64,000 nucleotides of DNA from Azolla caroliniana (taxonomy: Eukaryota > Plantae > Polypodiophyta). The stretch is from positions 14,570,001 through 14,634,000 of the forward strand of contig JBHGNT010000007.1 in assembly GCA_043228905.1 (NCBI GenBank), in the 5' to 3' direction. A model generated the notes under the pieces. The model ran no database searches and had not been told where the DNA came from. It saw only the letters and a list, made by a program, of their open reading frames with translations. Position 1 is the stretch's first letter; the number at the start of each line of letters is the position of its first letter. Shown in pieces: positions 53,340-64,000 of the stretch. The position numbers and the translations under genes were made by a program.

Positions 53340-55310
53340 AATTTACACATAATTACATAAATACAAACCCACATAAGACGAATATTATACCATACTTGTA
53401 ACATTCAACTTCACACATAATTATAGATATACACCCGCACATCAAACAAATAATATATGTATGTTCTTGCCATTACACGTAATTAAAAAACTAACACATG
53501 GATTGACACACATAAACACGAAATACAGATACATAAATTCACATACAAATTACATAAAGGCGCATCCACACACAAACATATACATACATCCTTATTTACT
53601 TACACACATACTCATAAGCATAAACTTGCACATTTACAAGCACTATACTCATACACATTACATGCATACTCAAATCCATAGCATACTCCTATACGCTAAT
53701 ACATACATAGTTAAACAAAATCATATATATTGTGAAATGCACATAAGAGATCAAAACCAGCCTACTTAGCTTTTTACTTCTTGCTCAATTTATAGTTGAT
53801 ACAAAGGTACCCAATTGGGTTGGCTTAGCTAAAAAGGGTGTGTTAAAAGGATGGGTCAGCTTAGGTACATGCATCCTAAAAAGGGTGTGCTAAAATGGTG
53901 ACACAAAGGAACACATGCACACCACATTTCCCCCCTAAGAGAAATAATGAGGTTTACGACATGGGGAAAGGACGGGGGTCAAAAAATAGGCCTAGGGTTG
54001 TATAGGGCTTGATGTAGGCAATGTGGGCGGAGGCAAATCGGTCGTTGGTATCATGTCGGAGCAAGTACGTAGTGGATCTAATCGCACGAACTACGGTGAA
54101 CAAGTTGAATCCCTCGATGCTTATGGCGTTGTTGTGCGAGTTGTAGGTTTCGGGAGTTGGCTGTTAGAACCAAGAATTCATGACATTGGCTTGTCGAAGG
54201 GCTGATTCGTGCGGCAACCTCCTACTTGAGGGTCTTGTTGAGGCGTTCTGTGAGGCCATTGGTTTGACGATGGTATGGGGACATAAACACCTGCTAGACA
54301 CCTAGTTGAGCTGCAACGACGTTGAGGACATCCTCGTGGAACTAGCGGCCTTGATCAAATAATAGTTGGATGGGGTTAGTGACTGAAAACGAACTAGCAA
54401 TTGGCGGATAGAGATCAATCCCTCATGTGGACTGAGGGCCACCTGGACTTGGTTGAGGTGGGGCACAAGAGGGCTATAGGCGGATAGAGATCAATCGCTC
54501 CTGTGGAATGAGGGTTGCCTGGACTTGGTTGAGGTGGGGGACAAGAGGGCTATCATGTCGGAAAGGGGATCGGGAAAGATCAATCCCTCCTGTGGACTGA
54601 GGACCACCTAGGCTTAGCTGAGGTGGGGGACAGGAGGGATATCGTGTAGGAAGGTAATCGGGGAAACTCGTGGGACAAGAAGTTAGTGGGCAACCTAACG
54701 TGAGGGGGAAGAGGTGGATGCTTGGACGTGGGGGACTGGTACCCCACTTCTCCACCAATATGTGAAATGCACATAAGAGATCAAAACCAGCCTAGCTTTT
54801 TACTTCTTGCTCAATTTATAGTTGATACAAAGGCACCCACTTGGGGTGGCTTAGCTAAAAGGGGTGTGCTAAAAGGGTGGGTTAGCTTATGTACATGCAT
54901 CCTAAAGAGGGTGTGCTAAAAGGGTGACACAAAGGAACACATGCACACCACAATACATACCCATATATGTAATTCTTATATACAAGAATACATATGCATT
55001 TGTATATACAAAGATACATATGTATACACTCATACCCGTTTATATACTCAATACAAAAATATAAGTCAACGCGCGTACTCCAATACATTAACTATCCAAA
55101 TTCATATACATAAAAAACACACATGCATGTATGCACATGTGCATGTTCATACTTTTATGTTAACATAGAGACACATGTGTATGCACACATAAATACTAAC
55201 ACATAATGCACACACAAGTACATGTATACGTACTTCTACATATTGCCACGCACATAACCGTATCATATAAATATACATAATTACACACTTGCACACTCAC
55301 AATTAATTCT
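53340..55310. repeat. Degenerate (ACAT/AC/AT)-rich low-complexity tract split by the short-LTR element
   Basis: Strong A/C strand skew with recurrent ACAT/ATAC words on both sides of 53731-54952. Confidence 0.7.
53731..54952 (-). mobile_element. 1.2-kb short-LTR (TRIM-like) Gypsy derivative
   Basis: Direct repeats 53731-53926 and 54761-54952 (TG...CA); rc PPT TTTCCCCCC 53927-53935; rc PBS TGGTGGAGAAGTGGGGTAC (tRNA-Ala-like) 54739-54757; integrase remnant ~54215-54380; flanks ATAT/ATAC. Confidence 0.85.
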
Positions 55311-56800
55311 ATTCGTGTACACAGCTTTTGGTGGCTTGGTTTCTATTTATGTGGTTTCACTTAAGCAATTGTTGCCTACTCTTATAAACTTGAATATATG
55401 TGGCTTCTACTTTATAGAAACATTTCAATTGTTATAGATAACAACAAACAAAAAATGTTTTCATGTAGTAATGCTTGCATTTATATAGTTGTTAATTGAA
55501 TTAACGCTAACTCATATACGTAATTATTAAATTCCATGAGGTGTGAACGATTCCATTCCAAACTCCCAAATTTTGTGACAGTTTGGGAATTACCATATTG
55601 TTAAGTAGTAATTTGATCATTGAATTCTTTAAACGAGTTGGTTAATATGAGAGCACAACTAACTCCATTGTGCTTCAACTAGTTTAATTATGTGCTTCAA
55701 ATAAATGATGCTCTGAATTTTAACTTGCCAAATATACTCTTAGAATATATTTGGTGGTTAGCCATTACATGGTCTGTGATAGTATGTTTAAGCATTTAAA
55801 AATGGAAAATAAGGAACACGAGCATATACATGTATGCTATTCTAAATTGGTCCCTATTTGAAATTAGGCCCTAAAAACAAGGGGTGACGCTTGAAGTGAG
55901 GTCTATTGTACAAGGAAGACCCTACAAGCGTTTTGAGACTGAATTCTGAGGAATCACGTCCGTTGACTAAAATCGGCAAGTGACAATCTATGGTCACCAA
56001 TGGATCATGCCTACGGATGCAATGATGTGTTCGCACTTTACGCACATGAAACATTATGGAATATTCGAATTGGAACTTGTGTGGACTGTGATATTATTTA
56101 TTGATATACTTTTTGTAAAGGGCGGTGCCTAAAATTTTAGGGATCTACGAAGACATTACCAAAACCATTGGAAATATCTTTGGCACAACATTGTACATGA
56201 ATAATTATATTAAGGACGGCTCAATATGTTATGGAAAGTTATGACCATTCCTCTAAAAAGTGAACTTCATGATTGTCACACACGTTTAAAAAGCCAAGAA
56301 TCATCAATGATGTTTAGTGTCATCACACTACATAATCAAGAGTCATGTCAAATGGAATCGATAAGGGTGCGATGAAGCTATAACGTGGGCGGCAGCAAGA
56401 TTCATTACGTGTTAAGCACTTTGAAACTGAGAAGATTTTTTTCTTGATTATAAGTCATAATAAGAACCATCATAACACAATTCACAGAGATATTCATTCA
56501 TTCATTCATTCAAATTCCAAGAACATATATATCGATATAACAATTTTAGAGTGGTGATTGCGAATAGTAATTATGAGATTTGCGTCAAGAGGTATAATAA
56601 TACATATACTAATTACAAAAATGGTTGTGCCCCATTAAAACACCATGAGGATATAATGCATCATAGTTCACAAATTTGGGTTTGCATATTAAGAAGTGTT
56701 TAGATATATTTCCGACATCATGTCGCACCGGAATTCCCCTTAAATTTCCTTTACAATGTGCTTAGGACTTGTTTCCCATTATTCATGATGTCATCATCTT

Positions 56801-58021
56801 TTGGTTATAAGTGTCTTAATCGTCTCTCTTCTCCTTTTATCTTTTATAGCTTTACCCATACTACTTTATGTCACATTGAGTCGTTCATTCCTAGTGGATG
56901 TGTCCACTACGACCACGACCACGACCACGGTGGGTGTGAACTATGGCCAATTGGCCAACGACTTGCCGGCACCAGAGGAAGTGGCTCGTCTCATTAGCTC
57001 CATTTCGGTAACCAAGTCGAAGCTCTATGACACAAACACGACCGTGTTGTCAGCCTTCAAGAACACAGGGATCTCGTTCGTGGTCGGGACACTCAACAGT
57101 GACCTCATTCCTCTCGGGCAACAATCGGGTTATGCGGACTCGTGGGTCCAGACCCACATCCTCCCTTTTTACCCGGACACAAACATCATCGGGATCGTAG
57201 TGGGAAACGAGATCTTCACATCCTCTACCGATGAAGCCAGCGTGGCATCGATGGCCTCAGTGCTCCCCGCCATGCTTAATGTGTACGCGGCCCTCCGTAG
57301 CCTCGGGCTCGAGCACCAGATCTTCGTATCGACCGCCCACGCCTTCTCGACGCTGTCTGCCTCGTACCCTCCGTCCACGGGGGCCTTCTACCCTTCCATT
57401 GCCAATGCCTACATGAAGCCCGTGCTCCAATTTTTGTCCCAAACGGGTGCACCTTTCATGGTCAATGTCTACCCTTTCTTCGCCTACAAGGCCGACCCCA
57501 CCACCGTGTCCCTCGAATATGTCCTCTTCCAGACCAATGCCGGGGTCCTAGACCCCACCACAGGCCTCCGCTACTACAACATGTTCGATGCCCAGATGGA
57601 CGCCGTCTACTCGGCCATCTCGGCCCTCGGGTTTAACGACATAACATTGTTGGTGTCTGAGACCGGATGGCCCTCCAATGGCGGTGGCGATGAGCCGGGC
57701 GCCACACTCGCAAATGCCCGGACATACCATGCCAATCTCATCCAACACATCACTTCCAAATCGGGCACCCCGTTGCGCCCGGACGAGACCCCTGAGATCT
57801 ACTTGTTCGCCCTCTTCAACGAGAATCAGAAGCCCGGCCCCGTGTCGGAGCGCAATTATGGCCTCTTCTGGCCCAATGGTACCAAGGTCTATAACTTCGA
57901 CTTCACCACGCAAGCCTCGTCCTCTTGGGTTTCGGCCTCGACCCCTCGTCTCTTTACCGTCACATTGTTGATGCTTTTGGTACAACTATTGGTCCTTCCT
58001 TTCTATAACTCGTGTTTATAA
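56801..58021 (+). CDS. Glucan endo-1,3-beta-glucosidase (GH17), probably GPI-anchored, no X8 domain; true start uncertain
   Basis: VGVNYG..ANDLP, KLYD, VVGNE (acid/base Glu), PFMVNVYPFF, FDAQMDA, VSETGWPS (nucleophile), LFALFNENQKPG..SERNYGLF; Ser-rich then hydrophobic C-terminus; GC-rich codons unlike the flanks. Confidence 0.92.
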   Translation: MVISVLIVSLLLLSFIALPILLYVTLSRSFLVDVSTTTTTTTTVGVNYGQLANDLPAPEEVARLISSISVTKSKLYDTNTTVLSAFKNTGISFVVGTLNSDLIPLGQQSGYADSWVQTHILPFYPDTNIIGIVVGNEIFTSSTDEASVASMASVLPAMLNVYAALRSLGLEHQIFVSTAHAFSTLSASYPPSTGAFYPSIANAYMKPVLQFLSQTGAPFMVNVYPFFAYKADPTTVSLEYVLFQTNAGVLDPTTGLRYYNMFDAQMDAVYSAISALGFNDITLLVSETGWPSNGGGDEPGATLANARTYHANLIQHITSKSGTPLRPDETPEIYLFALFNENQKPGPVSERNYGLFWPNGTKVYNFDFTTQASSSWVSASTPRLFTVTLLMLLVQLLVLPFYNSCL

Positions 58022-58849
58022 ATGCTTGGGTTTTGCCCCCCCCCCCTACCATTTTAGCCAACGTCGTCAATTGGTTACCAAGTCCGAACATTTTCGATCG
58101 TGGACATGTCATGAGCTCCATGAATTCCGATTGTTGGTATTCGCCACATACTTCAAAAATTTATGTTGACTAGGCATTGGAGCACATTACATCCAACATA
58201 TTATTTCACATGGCCTCCCCAGCGACTCACAATGGCGATGAAGAGAAACATTATAGGTTGATGGTTCGACAAACTTTACATGGAATGTTTTTCGGAACAT
58301 CGACCATTTCCTCCCATCTTTTGCGATTCTATCAACCTCCTTCACATTGGAACGGAAACTCTTAACTACCACTCATGCCTAACAACACCCTGGTATTGAA
58401 TTATCTAGTACTCGCAGTTCTCATCGGAACATACTTGGTACTTGTTCTTGGAGTAAAGAAAATATGCATAGAAATGAGGGTACCATGAACATCCTACATA
58501 TTCACGTCCTCATTACCTCCCAAGCTACTAATTACATTCCGAGGGTGATAATTTATCCCCAAACTTCCCATTCTTTTTACAACTTATTTTTTGCAACATT
58601 CTTTTGCCTATTCCATGTTTGATGCATTATTCAAACAAGAATTTAACAATTCGGACTTTTTATATTATCACCACTAGATCCTCTCATGATTAAGGAAGTT
58701 TCATTAAGTATCTACACGTCTTTTTACCTAAAATTTATTTGTTTGGAGGATTGTAAATCATTGTCATCATTCATCTCTCTTTATTTGATTTGGGTGTATC
58801 ACAAAAGTCAAGAATATGCATGATCATTGATCGCCCAAACAAGCTTGGA

Positions 58850-59300
58850 ACACAAGATGCAAAGTACAAAAAACTAATAAGAGCAAAGTCCTCGACATTA
58901 TGCAATGGTTTAAGAGATGGGTAGTAGAAAATCTATTGGACCTCTGGGGTGATGTTATGAAGTATGTGATCATTGAGGATAGGTTACTAAGGGCACTAAG
59001 TATGAAGTGGCAAGATGTTAAAATATCAAAATTCGAATATTACAATGCAAATATTAACAATATTGGACCCAATACAAGCAAAAAATGTTAGGATGTATAT
59101 CCAATCGCATCTCACTACCCACATGAGCCTTTAACATGTCGTCAAACTTGTTCATACAAGTTAGGTGTGTTGTGGTAGCATAATGGCATCATCACACAAA
59201 CATGAGGATAAGCAAGTTGTTCAATGAAAACCTAGTGGAGGTTGAATATCACTTGCTTATCACATGCTCAACTCAACGTATAAGGTAATTGGTGAAAAAT
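58850..59300 (+). mobile_element. Possible decayed CACTA transposase remnant
   Basis: WFKRWV...LRALS...V.KF.YY.AN resembles the TnpD C-terminal WF..V/L..LA/Y.VNG pattern; weak. Confidence 0.25.
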
Positions 59301-60182
59301 ATGATGGCTTGTTAAACAAACATGATAATGCGAACTAGTAACCCCCCTTCTTAAGAAAGAGTCATATACAAGATGGGAAGTTGACCTCATAATAGACTAT
59401 AAAATTTCTATTCTATTCTCTCTCTCATTGGCAACAAATCACACCTAAGAATCTTTAGCCATTTGCAGACCTAATACACACTAATAATAGGTAGAGTACC
59501 TTTTCTTGGGCCATTTATGCCATCTTACAAGGCAGTTAGAGGGAGGGTAATCTCTTTCTCTATATGTCAATGACAACGTTTGCCAGAAGAAAATCTTGAA
59601 TGTGGAGAATCTCTTGTCAATTGTACACACTTGATGGTTTCTTTTGAATTGTATATAAACGGATTTAACCTAGGAAAGAAAATGGTTTCAAATTTCTAAA
59701 ATGGTGAATTGGATTAAAATCATGAATTAAGAGTTCATATAAACAATTACTGATGAGGTATAGACATGTAAGAGTGTAACACGCGTCACGTTTTATGCTC
59801 GATTATAATGAAAAAAGAAACACAAGAAACACACACAATGGCACAACAAAGATTACACAAGATTTAACGTGGAAAAACCCTCAATGAGGGAAACAACCAC
59901 GGGACAAAAGTCCAAAACCAATCCACTATCAAGAAAGAGATACAACACAAAGTACAAGTTCTACTTCTAGATATACTAGAAATATGTAGAGATATGTAGC
60001 ATAATACTACCGACAAAAATGGTACAATAATCCAAAGGGATAAGACTATCTCTCAAGCATATAGTAGAAAAGAAGAGAGAAGAAAACCCGGATAAGAATG
60101 TCCACAAGTCGAAGTAGTAGCCGTGTAGATCTCACGTTGAGTAGCGGAGATGGAAAGAAGATTAAGAGTAGATGAGTCGAGC

Positions 60183-60262
60183 ACCAAGCTTCACCAAGCT
60201 CCACCAAGCTTCACCAAGCTCCACCAAGCTCCACCAAGCTTCACCAAGCTTCACTAAGCTTC
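60183..60262 (+). repeat. 10-bp tandem repeat (ACCAAGCTYC) x8 inside the Copia J LTR
   Basis: Directly visible. Confidence 0.9.
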
Positions 60263-60641
60263 TCTATGCTTCACAATGCTTCACTCTCCTTCACGCTCTC
60301 ATACTTTGTTCTCATCTCTTCCCATATATATATATCTCCTTTCCACCTTCTCTTTGTCTCTCTCAAAACAAAAACGGTCGTTTTGTTTTATTTTACTCTT
60401 TATTATTATTATTACTATTATTATTTTCTTTCTTTACTCACTAAAAAACGTAACTTACATTTACCCTTTTAAAGAATAAAGTAAGGGTAATAATTACTAA
60501 AGAAACAAAACTTTTGTTTTGTTTCATATTACTATCTAATAATAATAATAATAAATGTTATTAAAAAAAACAAAACAAAATAGTGACCGGATAATTAACA
60601 ATCTCCCCCTCCGGTCACACAAGGAGAGAATTGCTTGTGTC

Positions 60642-63600
60642 TCAATTCATCTCCATTCCGGCAAGCTTGGCACATAGCTCAAGCTTCTCCCTTGGAACCA
60701 CCTTTGTTAGCATGTCAGCAATGTTGTCATCAGTGTGAACTTTCTCTAGTTGCAACTTTTGCTCCTCGATAGCTAATCGTAACCAATGATACCTCACATC
60801 AATATGTTTTGTTCGTGAGTGATACATTGAGTTCTTGCTTAGGTCCATTGCACTTTGACTGTCACAAAAAACCACATAAGTTAATTGGCTCAAACCCAAT
60901 TCTAAAAGAAACCTTTTCATCCAAAGCATTTCTTTGCCAGCCTCAGTTGCCGCAATGTATTCAGCTTCCGTAGTGGACAAGGCAACACACTTTTGCAATT
61001 TGGATTGCCATGATATAGCTCCCCCTGCAAAAGTAAATAAGAAACCGGATGTAGATTTTCTACCATCAAGATCTCCAGCCATGTCCGCATCTGTAAAGCC
61101 TTCAAGAATTGGTTTAGAACCTCCAAAACAAATGCACAACTTAGATGTACCTCTCAAATACCGTAAAATCCATTTTACGGCATTCCAATGAGATTTACCA
61201 GGGTTAGAGAGATACCTACTCACTGTACCAACTGCATGTGCAATATCTGGTCGTGTGCTAACCATAGCATACATTAAAGATCCAACCGCCGAGGCATAGG
61301 GAATCGATGACATCTCATCTCTTTCCTCCTCGGTAATTGGACAACATTTCCTACTCAATTTAAAGTGAGTGGCAAGAGGAGTACTTACTGGTTTCGAATA
61401 TTGCATGTTGAACCTTTCGAGGATTCTTTCTATGTACGTTTCTTGTGAAAGCCACAATTTCTTTGATTCTCTATCACGAGTTATTTGCATACCTAAAATG
61501 TGCTTAGAAGGCCCTAAATCTTTCATGTCAAAAGTTTTAGATAACTCCACTTTTAACCTATTAATCATATTTAGGTCTTGCCCAACAATTAGCATATCAT
61601 CAACATACAAAAGAAGTATAATAAAATTACCATCCTCAAATTGTTTAACATACACACAATGGTCCGCATTAGTTCTTTTATAACCTTGATTCACCATAAA
61701 AGAATAAAACTTTTTATACCATTGGCGCGGTGCTTGTTTTAGGCCATAGAGACTCTTTTTCAACCTACATACCAAATGTTCTTTCCCTTTCTCTTTAAAA
61801 CCCTCTGGTTGTTCCATGTATATTTCCTCATCTAGGTCACCATGTAAAAAAGCAGTTTTCACATCTAATTGTTCAAGTTCAAGGTTTAAACTAGCTACCA
61901 AACCTAACACAATTCGTATTGAACTTAATTTCACAACTGGTGAGAAAATTTCATCAAAGTCAATTCCTTTCTTTTGACCATATCCTTTTACTACCAAACG
62001 AGCTTTATATTTTATAAAGTTATCATCACCCCTTTTCAACTTAAACACCCATTTATTTTTCAAAGCTTTCCTACCCTTAGGAAGTCCAACTAGCTCAAAT
62101 GTGTTATTCTTTTTCAAAGAATTAATTTCTTCATGCATGGCCTCTACCCAACTATCTTTGTCTTTAAGAGTTTGCACATCATGAAAACTTTCCGGTTCAC
62201 CGTCATTAGTGAGTAAAACATATTCAGAGCTAGGATACCTCATGGATGGTCGTCGTTCTCTAGTAGATCTCCTTAAAGGTTGATTTGCCACCTCTTGTAA
62301 TGGGAGTTCCTCCCCCCGCTCAAGACCTGTCTCTCGCAAAACAACATCATTACTAGCATCATCTATAATCAACGGCTCAACAACATCCTCATGTTGCTCT
62401 TCTTGTTGTGAGGCACTCTCTTGTGTATCATCATCCATCATAGGAATTGGTTCAATATCTACTAGGTCACCATCTGAAGGGGTATTTGACCTTTCCGCCT
62501 TGTCAATGTCCTCAATGGTTTGGTCTTCGATGAACACTACGTCACGACTCCTAATAAGCTTCTTTCCCACAGGATCGTAACATCATCTTGACCATATCCA
62601 ATAAAAATGCATTGTTTAGATTTAGCATCTAACTTTGATCTTTCATCCTTGGGTATATGCACAAAACACTTACACCCAAACACACGTAAATAATCATAAG
62701 AGACATCTTTACCATACCATACTCTATTTGGTACATCACCTTGCAATGCGGTAGTAGGAGATAAATTAATGATATGTGCAACAGTATTCAAAGCCTCACC
62801 CCAAAATGATTTAGGTAACCTTGCATTTGAGAGTAAGCACCTAACTCTTTCAACTAAGGTTCTATTCATTCTTTCGGCCAAACCATTTAATTGGGGAGTC
62901 TTAGGAGGGGTTCTTTGATGTTTGATACCTTGCTCTCGACAATACGCATCGAAAGATCCACAGTATTCGCCACCATTATCGCTACGAATACACTTCAGTT
63001 TCTTCCCTGTTTCTCTCTCAACAAAAACATGAAACTCTTTAAAAACATCAAAAACTTGATCTTTTGATTTCAACATTCGAACCCAAAGCTTCCTAGAATG
63101 ATCATCAATGAAAGTAACGAAATAAAGTGCTCCACCCATTGACCTTACCTTCAAGGGTCCACACACATCAGAATGCACTAGATCGAGTATACCTTTTCGT
63201 CGAAGAGAAGAATGCTTAAAGGAAACCCTCTTAGCCTTCCCTGCCAAACAGTGATCACATGTATCTAACTTCACATCTTTTAAACCTGGTAGGACGTTCT
63301 TTTTTGCTAGAAAGTCAAGTCCCTTTTCACTAATATGGGACAATCTCTTATGCCACAATTTTGAAACATCTTGATTTTCAACTGCATTGACAAAGTCAGT
63401 AGAGACAGAAGCTTGCAAAAGATATAGACCATTATGACAACATTTATTAGCTTTCGCAATAATCATAGAACCCTTACAAATTTTCCACTTACCATTTTGA
63501 GACGCATGACTATAACCCTCGTCATCTAATGTACCTGTGGAGATTAGATCCAATCTAATATCGGGCACGTGTCGTACTTGATGTAGAATCAGCTTGAATC

Positions 63601-63886
63601 CCGTGTTGGTTTGCAAGCAAATGGTTCCTATGCCGACTACCTTTGCAAATCCATCATTCCCCATCTTCACAACACCATAGTCACCTGGAGTGTAAGATGA
63701 GAAAAAATCCCTTCTGGACGTAACATGGTGGGAGGCACCACTATCAAGAACCCAAGTGGTTTCATGGCTACTTATGTTAACTTCATTGTAACTTGTACAT
63801 ACAACAAGTAAATCATTAGAGGAAGCAACATTAACAGAATCGATATTGTCATTCACATTTTTCTTATCTTTCATGTAGTTCGACAC
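60642..63886 (-). pseudogene. Copia J pol (PR-INT-RT-RH) with a single frameshifting deletion at ~62580
   Basis: ORFs 62537-63886 (LDSGAS, HSDVCGP, QLNGLAERMNR) and 60642-62570 (YKARLV, LYVDDML, HSRTKHIDVRYHW); expected GYR-type residues missing between GYGQDD and YDPV. Confidence 0.9.
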
Positions 63887-64000
63887 CTTATTTTCCTTCT
63901 TCCATTTGAAACAATATTTCTTTATGTGACCTGTCTTACCACAAAAATGACAAACTAAATCTTTATATTTAGACTTTGACTTACTTCTACTTCTACCTTT

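Larger units (their letters stand above)
59767..64000 (-). mobile_element. Young Ty1/Copia J (Tnt1/Tork-like), 3' LTR ~59767/59775-60600; runs off the right edge
   Basis: LTR boundary ...TTAACA at 60600 adjoins rc PPT ATCTCCCCCT; long open pol ORFs; CCHC knuckle near 63910-63955. Confidence 0.93.

Noticed and set aside
53461-53769. His/Thr/Tyr-rich ORF as a gene
   Set aside because: Translation of an ACAT-rich low-complexity tract running into an LTR
56786-56788. Stop removal by U-to-C RNA editing or readthrough
   Set aside because: Such editing is known for organellar transcripts of some non-seed plants, not nuclear genes; splicing or a nonsense mutation is simpler
57548-57985. Antisense and alternate-frame ORFs over the GH17 gene
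   Set aside because: Shadow ORFs of a GC-rich coding sequence

Overview
Eukaryotic, land-plant-type heterochromatin-like window (the element types suggest a non-seed plant such as a bryophyte, lycophyte or fern; this is inference). About 55 kb is a deeply nested pile of retroelements that can be resolved using LTR termini, PBS/PPT and target-site duplications (TSDs). Stack 1 (1-22251) is an internally deleted Ty3/Gypsy with a tRNA-Trp PBS. Each of its two LTRs carries a different APE/RT LINE at the same (CT)n microsatellite, and its interior holds a solo LTR > Copia > two further solo LTRs. Stack 2 (~25200-53040) is a degenerate Gypsy containing a Copia > Copia > Gypsy fragment > Copia series, an inverted solo-LTR-in-solo-LTR, and a full-length Athila/Tat-like Gypsy with a long extra 3' ORF. 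Further right are a 1.2-kb short-LTR element with a tRNA-Ala-like PBS, one host gene (GH17 beta-1,3-glucanase, GPI-type, lacking an uninterrupted in-frame ATG) and a young Copia running off the right edge. Most short six-frame ORFs are TE debris or antisense shadows.
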